Assembly (NCBI GenBank): GCA_963703955.1
Contig: CAVPGK010000011.1
Location: forward strand, 64,001 to 128,000
DNA length: 64,000 bases
Direction of reading: 5' to 3'
From: Nitrospirota bacterium
Lineage (GTDB): Bacteria > Nitrospirota > Nitrospiria > Nitrospirales > Nitrospiraceae
The notes beneath the pieces are model-generated. The model had not been told where the DNA came from, did no database searches, and was given only the letters and a program-made list of their open reading frames with translations. Numbering within the stretch: position 1 is the first letter of the stretch; every line of letters starts with the position of its first letter. Shown here piece by piece: positions 42,104-52,600 of this stretch. Made by a program: the position numbers and the translations under genes.

Positions 42104-42200
42104 AGACTGAGTGCTGAGGACTGAGAGGCAAAGCCCCTTGATTGATCCTTAGAATCTCAGACCTCAGGCCCTGTGACTCAGATCCAAGAATGGTGATGCG

Positions 42201-43451
42201 ATGACGAAGATGAAGGCGCTCACGTGCCGGGAATGTGGCAAGGAATATCCAACCAAAGCCATTCATGTGTGTGAAATGTGCTTTGGGCCCTTGGAGGTCA
42301 AGTACAACTACGATGAGATCAAAACGACCATCTCGCGTCGGAAGATCCAAGACGGGCCGAACAGCATGTGGCGCTACATTGATCTCCTCCCGATTGAAGG
42401 GCCGGCCACCGTCGGACCGCACGCAGGCTTCACGCCCTTGGTCCGGGCCAGGAATTTGGGCGCCTATCTGGGGCTCGATGAGCTGTACATCAAAAACGAC
42501 ACGGTGAATCACCCGACCCTCTCGTTTAAAGACCGAGTCGTCGCTATCGCGCTCACCCGCGCCCGCGAACTCGGCTATGAAACCGTCGCCTGCGCTTCAA
42601 CTGGAAATCTGGCGAACTCCGTCGCCGCGCATGCGGCCGCGTCCGGAATGCAATGTTACGTCTTCATTCCGGGCGACCTTGAGGCAGCAAAGGTCCTGGG
42701 AAATTTGATTTACCGTCCGAATGTCGTCGAGGTCGAGGGAAATTACGACGATGTCAACCGCCTCTGCAGCGAAATTGCGGCCGAGCACCGCTGGGCCTTC
42801 GTGAACATCAACATCCGTCCCTACTACGCCGAGGGCTCCAAGACCCTCGCGTTCGAGACGGTTGAGCAACTTGGGTGGCGTACCCCCGACCAGGTTGTCA
42901 TCCCGATGGCGTCCGGTTCGTTGCTCACTAAGATTTGGAAAGGCCTCAACGAGCTGCGCACCGTGGGCCTGATCGACCAGGTACGGACCAAAATCAATGG
43001 GGCACAGGCTGAAGGTTGTTCGCCGATCGCTACTGCGTACAAGGAAGGCCGTGACTTCTTCAAGCCGGTCAAGCCGAAAACCATCGCGAAATCCTTGGCC
43101 ATCGGTAACCCAGCCGACGGGTACTATGCGTTAAAGACGACGGCCGAGAGCCGGGGCGCGATGGACATGGTGTCCGACGATGAAGTGGTTGAAGGCATCA
43201 AGCTCCTCGCCCAGACCGAAGGAATTTTTGCGGAGACCGCCGGCGGTGTCACGATCGGCGTCTTGCGAAAGCTCGTCAAGCAGAGCATCATCAAGAAAGG
43301 CGACGTGACTGTGGCCTACATTACGGGCAATGGGTTGAAAACCCAGGAGGCGGTGATCGACGCCGTGGGTCGTCCGGTCCGTATCCAGCCGAGCTTGGTG
43401 AGCTTCCAGAAAACGTTCAAGATGGGCAAGAACGGAGGCGGCGACGCATGA
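42201..43451 (+). CDS. thrC: Threonine synthase-like PLP enzyme
   Basis: N-terminal CxxC...CxxC, PTLSFKDR, ASTGN, EGSKT, ITGNGLK. Confidence 0.9.
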   Translation: MTKMKALTCRECGKEYPTKAIHVCEMCFGPLEVKYNYDEIKTTISRRKIQDGPNSMWRYIDLLPIEGPATVGPHAGFTPLVRARNLGAYLGLDELYIKNDTVNHPTLSFKDRVVAIALTRARELGYETVACASTGNLANSVAAHAAASGMQCYVFIPGDLEAAKVLGNLIYRPNVVEVEGNYDDVNRLCSEIAAEHRWAFVNINIRPYYAEGSKTLAFETVEQLGWRTPDQVVIPMASGSLLTKIWKGLNELRTVGLIDQVRTKINGAQAEGCSPIATAYKEGRDFFKPVKPKTIAKSLAIGNPADGYYALKTTAESRGAMDMVSDDEVVEGIKLLAQTEGIFAETAGGVTIGVLRKLVKQSIIKKGDVTVAYITGNGLKTQEAVIDAVGRPVRIQPSLVSFQKTFKMGKNGGGDA

Positions 43452-43726
43452 TCAAGGTTCGAATTCCCACGCCCCTGCGGCCCTTGACGAAAGGGCAGGG
43501 CGAGGTCGAGATCAAGGGTGCCAGCGTGGCGGAGATGATCGACAACCTCGATACGTCCCATCCCGGTCTGAAAGATCGGCTCTGCGATGAAAACGGTGAG
43601 TTGCGTCGTTTTGTCAACGTCTATGTAAATGAAGAAGATATTCGGTTTCTCAAGGGGAAAGAAACTCTCCTGAAAGATGGGGACGAGGTATCAATCGTCC
43701 CCGCCATTGCAGGAGGGGGGTCGTGA
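43448..43726 (+). CDS. MoaD/CysO-like ubiquitin-like sulfur carrier
   Basis: IPTPLR...RRFVNVYVNEEDIR...IVPAIAGG-GS. Confidence 0.9.
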   Translation: MIKVRIPTPLRPLTKGQGEVEIKGASVAEMIDNLDTSHPGLKDRLCDENGELRRFVNVYVNEEDIRFLKGKETLLKDGDEVSIVPAIAGGGS

Positions 43727-43962
43727 CCAGTTTACGATTTCACATCCGTTTCCCTGAGGAAAAAATCAAGGAACCGATCATCTACCAGATCGGCCATGAG
43801 TATAAGGTCGTCACCAACGTCCGCCGCGCTGATGTCCGGGAGACCACCGGATGGATGGACGTTGAACTGACCGGGGAAACCTCCGAAATCGAGCGCGCCG
43901 TCGAGGGCATGCGCAAGAAAGGGGTCTTGGTGGACCCCATCGAGTTGAACGTCGTCGAATGA
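43723..43962 (+). CDS. NIL domain protein
   Basis: FPEE...EPIIY.......NVRRADV....GW. Confidence 0.85.
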   Translation: MTSLRFHIRFPEEKIKEPIIYQIGHEYKVVTNVRRADVRETTGWMDVELTGETSEIERAVEGMRKKGVLVDPIELNVVE

Positions 43963-44033
43963 AGGGGAGCTTTCAGCGATCAGCCCATCAGCTTGGGGAC
44001 ATGTCATGATCCAACGCCGATAGCTTCACGAAA

Positions 44034-44837
44034 ATGGACTTCACCGATACGCAGATTGAGCGCTATAGCCGGCATATCATCTTGTCGGAAGTCGGAGGCA
44101 AGGGGCAGAAGAAACTGTTCTCCTCCAAGGTCCTGGTGATCGGCGCGGGAGGGTTGGGGTCACCCGCCGCCCTCTACCTTGCCGCGGCCGGCATCGGAAC
44201 GCTGGGCTTGGTGGACGGCGATGTGGTCGACCTGTCTAATCTCCAACGGCAGATTCTTCATACGACCGCGAGTGTCGGAACACCAAAAGTTGAATCCGGC
44301 CGGCAGACGTTGGCGGCGTTGAATCCCGACGTGACCATCAAGACTTACCAGGAGAATGTGGCGGCCGACAACATCATGCGGTTATTACTAGAGTATGACA
44401 TTATTCTGGACGGGTCTGACAACTTCTCGACGCGGTTTCTGGTTAATGACGCCTGTTATTTTGCCAAGAAAACGCTCATCTCGGGCAGCATTTTCCGGTT
44501 CGAAGGTCAGCTCACCACCATTAAGCCTCACGAAGGCTATCCTTGTTATCGGTGCTTGTATCCCGAACCGCCTCCGGCCGGCCTCGTGCCGAACTGTCAG
44601 GAGGCGGGTGTCCTGGGCGTCTTGGCGGGCACCATCGGCGTCCTTCAGGCAGCCGAGGCGATCAAAGAAATCCTGGGCATCGGCGACACGCTTGCCGACC
44701 GACTGTTGATCTATGACGCGCTCGAGATGAAATTTCGAAAGGTCTCCCGTCCCAAGGCTCCCGACTGTCCTCTTTGCGGAGCAAATCCGACCATCCGAGA
44801 CCTCAGCGGTGACTACGCGGTCACGTGCGCGATTTGA
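44034..44837 (+). CDS. moeB: MoeB/ThiF E1-like adenylyltransferase 2
   Basis: RYSRHIIL, GAGGLG, SNLQRQ, CYRCLYPEPP, NCQEAG. Confidence 0.9.
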   Translation: MDFTDTQIERYSRHIILSEVGGKGQKKLFSSKVLVIGAGGLGSPAALYLAAAGIGTLGLVDGDVVDLSNLQRQILHTTASVGTPKVESGRQTLAALNPDVTIKTYQENVAADNIMRLLLEYDIILDGSDNFSTRFLVNDACYFAKKTLISGSIFRFEGQLTTIKPHEGYPCYRCLYPEPPPAGLVPNCQEAGVLGVLAGTIGVLQAAEAIKEILGIGDTLADRLLIYDALEMKFRKVSRPKAPDCPLCGANPTIRDLSGDYAVTCAI

Positions 44838-44838
44838 C

Positions 44839-45330
44839 GTGTCGACGCCTGCGCCCGTCTTGAGTATTCCCCAGTCAATCCTCGATGACATGATCGTCCA
44901 TGCGCGCGAGCTCGATCCGTCCGAATGCTGTGGCCTGCTTGCCGGAATCCAAGGTACGGTAACGCATCAGTACCGGATTACCAATACCGTCGCCAAAGAC
45001 CGCCAGGCAATGCAGGTGTTCGAGCAAGCCAACGTTAAGCAGTTGGGTCATCTATCAGAGAGAAGCCGCGCGGAGGTCGCCTATTTTATGGATCCCAAGG
45101 AGATGCTGGCGGCCTTCAAGGACATGCGGGAGCGACAGACCGAATTGACCGTGATCTATCATTCGCACACCCACTCGCCCGCCTACCCATCGACCACCGA
45201 TATCGGCCTAGCCTACTATCCGGACGCCGCCTACATCATCATTTCCTTTGAAGACAAGACAAAGCCGGACATCCAGGCTTACTGGATTAGGGACCGCAGC
45301 GTCGTCCCGGCCGTTTTCCAAGCCATTTGA
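44839..45330 (+). CDS. JAMM/MPN+ (Mec-like, M67) metallopeptidase
   Basis: ECCGLLAG, YHSHTHSPAYPSTTD. Confidence 0.9.
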   Translation: MSTPAPVLSIPQSILDDMIVHARELDPSECCGLLAGIQGTVTHQYRITNTVAKDRQAMQVFEQANVKQLGHLSERSRAEVAYFMDPKEMLAAFKDMRERQTELTVIYHSHTHSPAYPSTTDIGLAYYPDAAYIIISFEDKTKPDIQAYWIRDRSVVPAVFQAI

Positions 45331-45437
45331 TCGATCGTTATCGGAAGCCTCTTCATCGTTCAAAGAACGTCCAAAATGGGCTGGACCACCGACGCCAACG
45401 GTGCCATAATGACGCCCCCAGGGTAGAGGAGAATCGC

Positions 45438-45767
45438 ATGCGGACCGTTCAACGGCGAATGTTGTTGGTGCTGGGACTCATCTTGGTCACAGCGCATGGA
45501 GCGGCCTCCGCTGAGGACAAGAGCATCTTCAGCCCGATCATTCACGTCGACAAGGAAAAAGGTTACATCGTCGTCTCGTCGGACGGAAAAGTCTTTGCCG
45601 TTGAAGTCGATGAAAACGCGAAACCTCACCTGGAGAAACTTCCGGTCTCCGGTATGATCGATATGGTCGTGGAAGTCAGGCCTGGCACCACTCCCCTACT
45701 GAAAAGATGGAAAGTGGCAGGTGGAGAGTCTTCCTGCAAGCAGTTTGACGGAAAGACCTGCAAATAA
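45438..45767 (+). CDS. Small exported protein
   Basis: GAGGAG RBS, signal peptide ending ASA. Confidence 0.7.
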   Translation: MRTVQRRMLLVLGLILVTAHGAASAEDKSIFSPIIHVDKEKGYIVVSSDGKVFAVEVDENAKPHLEKLPVSGMIDMVVEVRPGTTPLLKRWKVAGGESSCKQFDGKTCK

Positions 45768-45804
45768 CGATGATCTGGAGGGTCAGTAGCGGCGACTCAC
45801 CGGG

Positions 45805-45978
45805 TTATTCCGAACTGCCGAGCATGTCATCAATCAGCGGTCGATTGATGTCCGTGCAACCCGGACAGATCGCATCAAACAAGGCTTCGTGGTCAGCCAC
45901 ATAATTGCGCGCATCCACTAGCTTATCAGTAATGACGTGGTCATAACAGGTGTCACAGAGCATCATGAAGCCGCGCAT
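45805..45978 (-). CDS. Small CxxC...CxxC protein
   Basis: CDTC and CPGC; start uncertain. Confidence 0.55.
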   Translation of the reverse strand: MRGFMMLCDTCYDHVITDKLVDARNYVADHEALFDAICPGCTDINRPLIDDMLGSSE

Positions 45979-46087
45979 CACGGAAACCGTTTTTCGTCCC
46001 TGGCTACCTAGCATTTTACCATCCCATTATTTATGAATCGTCAGGCTGGTCTCTTCGCCCCTTCCGAATGAAGGTTGAACGATTATC

Positions 46088-46282
46088 TCAGACCGAGCCT
46101 TTCTGCTGAGCCACCCAAAAATCCTCGGTCTCCAACTCGATCCCGCATCGCGGGCATTCGAAAGGCTGGTCAGGCGGCGGCACCGACATTTCTTTCTCTT
46201 CCACCCGGCCCTGGCAGACATGATACCAGTGGCCGCCGGCATGCTCATGGTCCAGAGGATCGTATTCGAACTTGAGCACCAT
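46088..46282 (-). CDS. Small zinc-ribbon-like protein
   Basis: AGGAG RBS; HVC...CPRC. Confidence 0.6.
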   Translation of the reverse strand: MVLKFEYDPLDHEHAGGHWYHVCQGRVEEKEMSVPPPDQPFECPRCGIELETEDFWVAQQKGSV

Positions 46283-46440
46283 GGCCACTCCTAACCAAAC
46301 AAGTGTCGCCCCACCCATCCCTCGTCATGACAATCTTCTCCAAGTGGTCAACTCAACAGCTGAAATATGCGCACGACGATCGGGCGCGTTGCGCGCGGGC
46401 GCAGAGACCGGACCAGACCCTGTTTCAAGCACTCCTATTC

Positions 46441-48165
46441 TCAGATCTGGAACTGCGCCTCGTACAGCCCCGCATAGACCCCTCCACGCGCAAGAAGAGT
46501 CTCATGAAGACCTTCTTCAACGACCCGGCCGCGGTCCACCACCACGATCCTGTCGACGTCATGCAAGGTCGAGAGCCGGTGGGCAATGATGAAGGTTGTG
46601 CGCCCTTGCGTCAGTGCGACCAACGCCTCTCGAATCTTGACCTCCGTCTCTGTATCGATGTTGGAGGTCGCTTCATCAAAAATCACGATCGGCGGGTCCT
46701 TCAGCAGCACGCGCGCGATGGACACCCGTTGCTTTTGCCCTACCGACAGTTTGACGCCCCGTTCGCCGATCCACGTGTCATAGCCATCGGGCAGATCCAT
46801 GATGAAGTCATGCGCACGAGCCGCCATCGCCACTTCTTGGATCCGCGCCTGGTCTGCCGTCAGATCGCCGTACGCGAGATTCTCCCGCACCGTGCCGTTG
46901 AACAGGAACGGCTCCTGCTGAACCAAACCGATATGGTCGCGGAGAAATGCCAGCGGCAGGTTTCGAAGATCGTACCCGTCGATGGTAATCGCGCCGGCTT
47001 GCACATCGTAAAACCTCATCAGCAACTTGAGCATGGTGCTCTTACCCGCGCCGCTGGGACCGACCAGTGCAAGTCGTTCCCCCGGCCTTACGGCAAGCGT
47101 GACATTCGTAAGGACCGGCACATCCGACCGGTAATGAAATCCCACGCCGTCAAACCGCACTGCACCGATGAGCCGTGCGGTCGTTCTGAGAACCCCAGGA
47201 TAGTCCTGCACCTCCGGCACCGCATCGAGGACCTCGAAGACTCGTTCGCTAGCCGCCAGGGCATGCTGCAGCATGTGATTGACAGAGTGGATCTGATTGA
47301 TGGGCACATAGAACAGGGCGAGGTACCCGAGAAACATGACCAACTCGCCTACCGTCAGCGCGCCGGCCTGCACCTCGTGAGCCCCATGCCACAGGATGAG
47401 GACCGTTCCGAGGCTTCCCACAAAAATCATGCTCGGTGAATAGACGGACCAGAGGCACATGGCGTTGAGATTACTATCACTGTAGCGTCGGCTCAGGACG
47501 TTAAAGCGATCCCGCTCGTATTTCTGGCGATTGAATCCGATGGTTTCCCGAATGCCGGAGAGCGCGTCCTGCAGATAAGCATTCAACTCAGCGGCGCTCC
47601 GCCTGATGTCATGGTAGTATCGATGGACGCGCTTCGTGAACACCAGCGCGGAGACGATCAAAAGCGGAATCGGAATGAGCGACAGCAGGGCGAGCTTCCA
47701 GTTCAAGGCAAACAGCAGGATGGTAATAGCGATCAGTGTCAGTGATGCGGTGAGCAACCCTTCCACTCCGTCGATAAAAATGCGCTCGACATGCTCGGTA
47801 TCGTTATTGACCCGGGACATGATCTCTCCGGTCGAACGGTTCTCGTAATAGCTGAGCGATAGTCGCTGCAAAGCGCTGAACACCTGCTCCCGCAGATCGA
47901 ACACGACGCGCTGCTCAAGCGTATTGTTCAACCGGATTCGCAACGAGGCGAAGACATTCTTGAGGGCATACGCCACCAAGAGCCCTCCGATCACCCAGGG
48001 CAACAGGCCAGGACGGCTTGCGTGGATGACATCGTCAATAACGACTTTGGTCAACCATGGCGGCACCAGTTCAATGGCGGTCGTGAGCCCCGCGCAGAAC
48101 AACGTCGTCAGAGCCAGCAATCGATAGGGTTGAACGTATCGGAGGATGCGCAGGAGAGGCTTCAC
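46441..48165 (-). CDS. ABC transporter, fused permease/ATPase (MsbA-like)
   Basis: TMD + GPSGAGKS, LSVGQKQR, FDEATS, IAHRLST. Confidence 0.93.
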   Translation of the reverse strand: MKPLLRILRYVQPYRLLALTTLFCAGLTTAIELVPPWLTKVVIDDVIHASRPGLLPWVIGGLLVAYALKNVFASLRIRLNNTLEQRVVFDLREQVFSALQRLSLSYYENRSTGEIMSRVNNDTEHVERIFIDGVEGLLTASLTLIAITILLFALNWKLALLSLIPIPLLIVSALVFTKRVHRYYHDIRRSAAELNAYLQDALSGIRETIGFNRQKYERDRFNVLSRRYSDSNLNAMCLWSVYSPSMIFVGSLGTVLILWHGAHEVQAGALTVGELVMFLGYLALFYVPINQIHSVNHMLQHALAASERVFEVLDAVPEVQDYPGVLRTTARLIGAVRFDGVGFHYRSDVPVLTNVTLAVRPGERLALVGPSGAGKSTMLKLLMRFYDVQAGAITIDGYDLRNLPLAFLRDHIGLVQQEPFLFNGTVRENLAYGDLTADQARIQEVAMAARAHDFIMDLPDGYDTWIGERGVKLSVGQKQRVSIARVLLKDPPIVIFDEATSNIDTETEVKIREALVALTQGRTTFIIAHRLSTLHDVDRIVVVDRGRVVEEGLHETLLARGGVYAGLYEAQFQI

Positions 48166-48243
48166 TCAGGCTCAGTTTTAAATGTTGAGTTCTGAATTTT
48201 GAATTGCACGAAGAACTCACAACTCAAAACTGAGAACCTACGG

Positions 48244-48774
48244 TTAAATAACAGCGGCATGTTCCTTCCGCCAGAACTGGTCAAACTCATCAAGTTGAGT
48301 CAGAGTAGAGAGGTCGGTCATGCGATCCAGAAACACCTTGCCCATCAAGTGATCCAATTCGTGCTGGATACAGACTGCAAGGAGCCCGCTCGCTTCGAAA
48401 TCCAGCTGCGCTCCGTGGCGATCAAGCGCCTGCGCTCGAATCATCGAGGGACGGCTCACTTTCCCTCGCAAACCGTCCACACTCAGGCACCCTTCCCAAT
48501 TCTCGACCTGCTGCGGCCCGTAGTACACGATGACGGGATTGATAAGCACGGTTTGGGGAAAACCACCCTCCCCGCGGTATTCCATCACGACGATCTGTTG
48601 TGAGCGGGACACCTGCGGCGCCGCCAAGCCGATGCCTTCTGCATCAGTCATCGTCTCAAACATATCGTCGATGAGTTCCTGCACTACCCGATCGTTGATT
48701 TCGCTCTGGGGCACAGGATCCGCTATTTTTCGAAGGCTCGGATTTCCTAATTTCGCGATGGTCAAAAGAGCCAC
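48244..48774 (-). CDS. def: Peptide deformylase
   Basis: GIGLAAPQV, EGCLS, QHELDH. Confidence 0.96.
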   Translation of the reverse strand: MALLTIAKLGNPSLRKIADPVPQSEINDRVVQELIDDMFETMTDAEGIGLAAPQVSRSQQIVVMEYRGEGGFPQTVLINPVIVYYGPQQVENWEGCLSVDGLRGKVSRPSMIRAQALDRHGAQLDFEASGLLAVCIQHELDHLMGKVFLDRMTDLSTLTQLDEFDQFWRKEHAAVI

Positions 48775-48874
48775 AGCAACCTCGGGTGGATACGTTCATG
48801 AGAGCAACACATTAAAATAACACAGCCGTTCCCGACCTCGCAACCGAGGCCGGGGTGCGCATCCGTTGCGAGCC

Positions 48875-49678
48875 CTATTGGAAAGTCTTCCTCGATCGCC
48901 GGGGCTCAGGCAATTCCAGGGTCTCCTTATTCGCATTCCACCAGTCGATCCATTCTTGCGCCCACTCGGCTCGTTCCTGTTTCGTCGAGCTATCCCAGTC
49001 GTGCATTTCACTCTCGTGTCTGGTGAGCAGCCACAGGGAATTGATCGCGGTGATCGATACAAATCGTTCCTCATCGGGCAAGAGATCAATCAGGACCGGC
49101 ACGACCGACTTTTGGCGCACATAGCGCGCTTCAAAGGCGGCGGATTTTCTGATACTGGCGTTAGGATCCTTCGCCATCGACTCGATGGCTGTGGGGGCCA
49201 CATTCGGATCCAGCCGTACCGCCCCGCGCAACGCATGCTCACGGATCCGTGGCATTTCATTCGTTTGCTTGGCGGCGTCGATCAACGCGGGCGCCGCGGC
49301 AGGGTCCTTGATTATGATCATGGTTTCAATCGCGTTGTATCGAATGCGCGGACTGGGCATCGTCAATGCCTTCACCAAAACTGGGACTGCCGGCGGACCC
49401 AGATGGACAAACTCGCCCATAGCCCAGAATTCCTGTTTGCCTTCGAGCAGCGGTAGCAGCGCCTCAGCCCTCTTGAGCTCTTCCGGATCCAGCGGTTTTG
49501 AAGACGGCGGGATCGAGGTATCGGGAACCGGTTGGGACTTGGGAGGCGCCTCGTAAGGTAGCTGCGCGAGCGTCACCGACCCTCGTTCCGCCAGAACGAC
49601 CACAGAGGCCCACCAGCCGGCCGTCAGGCTGATACCAACAAGCCCTCCCCAGAGAAGGTGTCGAACCTTGTGCGTCAT
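48875..49678 (-). CDS. Exported HEAT-repeat protein
   Basis: LGPPAVPVLVKAL..., repeated IR..A helices. Confidence 0.8.
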   Translation of the reverse strand: MTHKVRHLLWGGLVGISLTAGWWASVVVLAERGSVTLAQLPYEAPPKSQPVPDTSIPPSSKPLDPEELKRAEALLPLLEGKQEFWAMGEFVHLGPPAVPVLVKALTMPSPRIRYNAIETMIIIKDPAAAPALIDAAKQTNEMPRIREHALRGAVRLDPNVAPTAIESMAKDPNASIRKSAAFEARYVRQKSVVPVLIDLLPDEERFVSITAINSLWLLTRHESEMHDWDSSTKQERAEWAQEWIDWWNANKETLELPEPRRSRKTFQ

Positions 49679-49699
49679 GGAAATCCTTTCTTCTGTCGG

Positions 49700-52600
49700 C
49701 TAATGCTTGTCGCCCTCTCTGTATGATCCGTGGCGATGGACCACCTGATACAGGACGGGAAACACGACGAGAATCAACACCGCGGCCGTCAGCATCCCTC
49801 CGACGACCACACGCGCCAGCGGCTGCTGCGCTTGCGATCCGATGCCGGTGGCGACGGCTGCGGGCAGCAGGCCGATCGCCGCCCCCAAAGTAGCCATCAA
49901 GACAGGCCGCATCTGGACATCGGCGCCTTTTACGATGGCTTCCGTTAACGGCATCCCGGCGGCACGAAACTCGCCGATGCGAGAAATCAAGAGGACGCCT
50001 CCCAAGATCGCCACGCCGAGCGTCGAAATGACGCCCACCGCGGCGGAGATGCTGAACGGCGTGCCGGTAATCACCAGCGACAGAACCCCCCCGATCAATG
50101 CGAAGGGGACCGTGGCCAAGACGAGCAGGGCGTCGCGCAGCGAGGAAAATGTAGTGTACAGCAAGAAGAGGATGACCAACAGGCTTAGCGGAACGATGAT
50201 GGTGAGGCGCTTCTGTTCGCGCTTGAGCTGATCGTATTGTCCCGCCCATTCGATGCGATACCGCTCCGGCAGCTTGATTTCCTGAGCCAGGCGGGCTTGC
50301 GCTTCTTCCACCGTGCTCGCCAAGTCTCTCCCTCTTACGCTGAACTTGATTGGGATGTACCGCTCATTGTTTTCCCGATAGATGATGAAGGCTCCGGTTT
50401 GCGTCGTGATAGTCGCGAGCTGTTTCAGCGGGATTCTCGCCCCATCCGGCGTGTTCACCAGAATATTCCCGATCGCCTGTAGGTCCTGTCGAAACTCCGG
50501 CAAAAAGCGCACGACAAGGTCGAACGACCGCTCCCCTTCGAACACGCGACTGACGGCCTGCCCCCCGACCGCCGCCTGCACCACGGCATTGACATCGGAC
50601 ACGAGCAACCCGTAGCGGGCACAAGCCTGGCGATCAACTTGGATCAGGAGGTTGGGCTGTCCCATCAGATGAAAAATTCCGAGATCCTTGACACCCACGA
50701 CCTGTTTCATCATCGTTTCGATTTCTCTTGCTTTTGCTTCCAATACCTTCAGATCAGGACCAAACAGTTTAATGGAATTTTCCCCCTTGACGCCGGACAT
50801 GGCTTCCTCGACGTTGTCCTGGATCACCTGGGAGAAGTTGAACGTCACACCCGGAATCTTGACGAGCAATTTCTCGATGTCTTCGATCAGCGCATCCTTG
50901 GTTGTGACCTCCGGTCGCCATTCCTTACGGGGTTTCAGGCCGACGAGGAATTCGGCGTTGAAAAAGCTGGTCGGATCGGTCCCGTCATCCGGCCGGCCGA
51001 GCTGGGAAACCACGTTGACCACCTCGGGAAACCGGCGAAAGATATCCTTGACCTCCGTCGTCAACCCACTCGCCTGCTCGAACGAGATGTCCACCGGCAT
51101 CGTGGCCCGAACCCATAAATTCCCTTCCTCGAGGGCCGGCATGAATTCGCCGCCGATGAACTGCATCGCCACCAGAGCCACCACAAGCAGCGCCAAGGCC
51201 CCGCCGACAACCACTGTCTGGCGCTTCAACGCCTTGTGAAGAACGGCCATGTACACGCGCCGGATAACCCGAACGATCGCGGTATCATTTTCGGCAAGAG
51301 GTCCTTTCAGCAAATAGGCGCACATGGCCGGCGCCAGGGTAAACGCGATAATGAGGGCCCCGAGCAAGGCAAATCCGTACGTGATTGACATGGGGGCGAA
51401 GATTTTACCGGGGACGCCGGTCATCGTGAACAGCGGGATGAATGCGACGACGATGATGGCCGTCGAAAAGAAAATCGGCCGACCGACCTGCCGCGCCGCC
51501 CGAACGATGTGTTGCGGGGCTGTCAAGGCCGCGCCCAGATGGTGGCTGATGTGAAAGAAGATACTTTCAACCATGATCAGCGCCGCATCCACGATGATGC
51601 CGAAGTCGATTGCCCCCAACGAAATGAGATTCGCGGACTGCCCGATCATCACCATCATCGAAAAGGTGAATAGGAGCGAGAGGGGAATTGTCACCGCCAC
51701 AATCAGCGCGGCACGTAGGTTTCCCAAAAAGGCGAAGAGGATCACAAACACCAACACCATCCCGCTGATCAGAATATCCGTGACCGTCTCGATGGTCGTG
51801 CGGAGTAGAAGCGTTCGATCGTAAACGGTCTTAACCTGCACGCCTTTGGGAAGCTTCCAAGTGTTGAGGTCTTCCACCTTACGCTTGACCTGTTCGAGCA
51901 CAGGGAGCGCCTGGGCTCCCCGTTGAAGCAGTACTACTCCTTCCACCACATCGTCGCGATCGTCGATCCCGACCTTTCCAAGGCGCACCTGATGGCCGAC
52001 GCTGACACGCCCCAGATTCCTGACGAAGACCGGAGTGCCGCCCTTTTCAGCGACCATGATCGTTTCAATGTCGTCCAGGCTGTCGATCAGGCCCACGCCC
52101 CGCACGTTGTAATTCTGAGCCCCGACGGTCAGATAATTTCCGCCCACATTGGCGTTACTGTTGCCCACGGCCGTCAACACTTGCGACAAGGTCACGCCAT
52201 AGCTCAGCAGGGCCCCGGGGTTGAGGTCGACATGGTATTGCTTGGTCGTGCCCCCGAATCCGGTCACGTCGATCACGCCGGGCACCCGCTTGAACTCGCG
52301 CTTCAGCTGCCAATCCTGGATCGTCTTCAGATCCGTCAGGCTCTGCCCATCGCCGACGAGTTCATATCGATAGATCTCGGCCAGCGCCCACCAGGGGGAC
52401 AGCGTGGGCTGGACCTGTTCGGGAAACGTCATCATCGCCAGGCGGTTCAGGACCTCCTGGCGATCGATGAAATAGCGGGTCCCGAAATCAAAGTAAATCT
52501 TGATGTCGTTGAGCCCGAAGATCGACAGTGAGCGGATCGCCGTCAAACCCGGCATCCCCGTGAGCGTCACCTCGACGGGAATCGTGATATGGCGTTCGAT

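Noticed and set aside
46303..47439. 378-aa antisense ORF, and similar ones at 12007-12633 and 62064-63257
   Set aside because: Antisense shadows of well-supported genes
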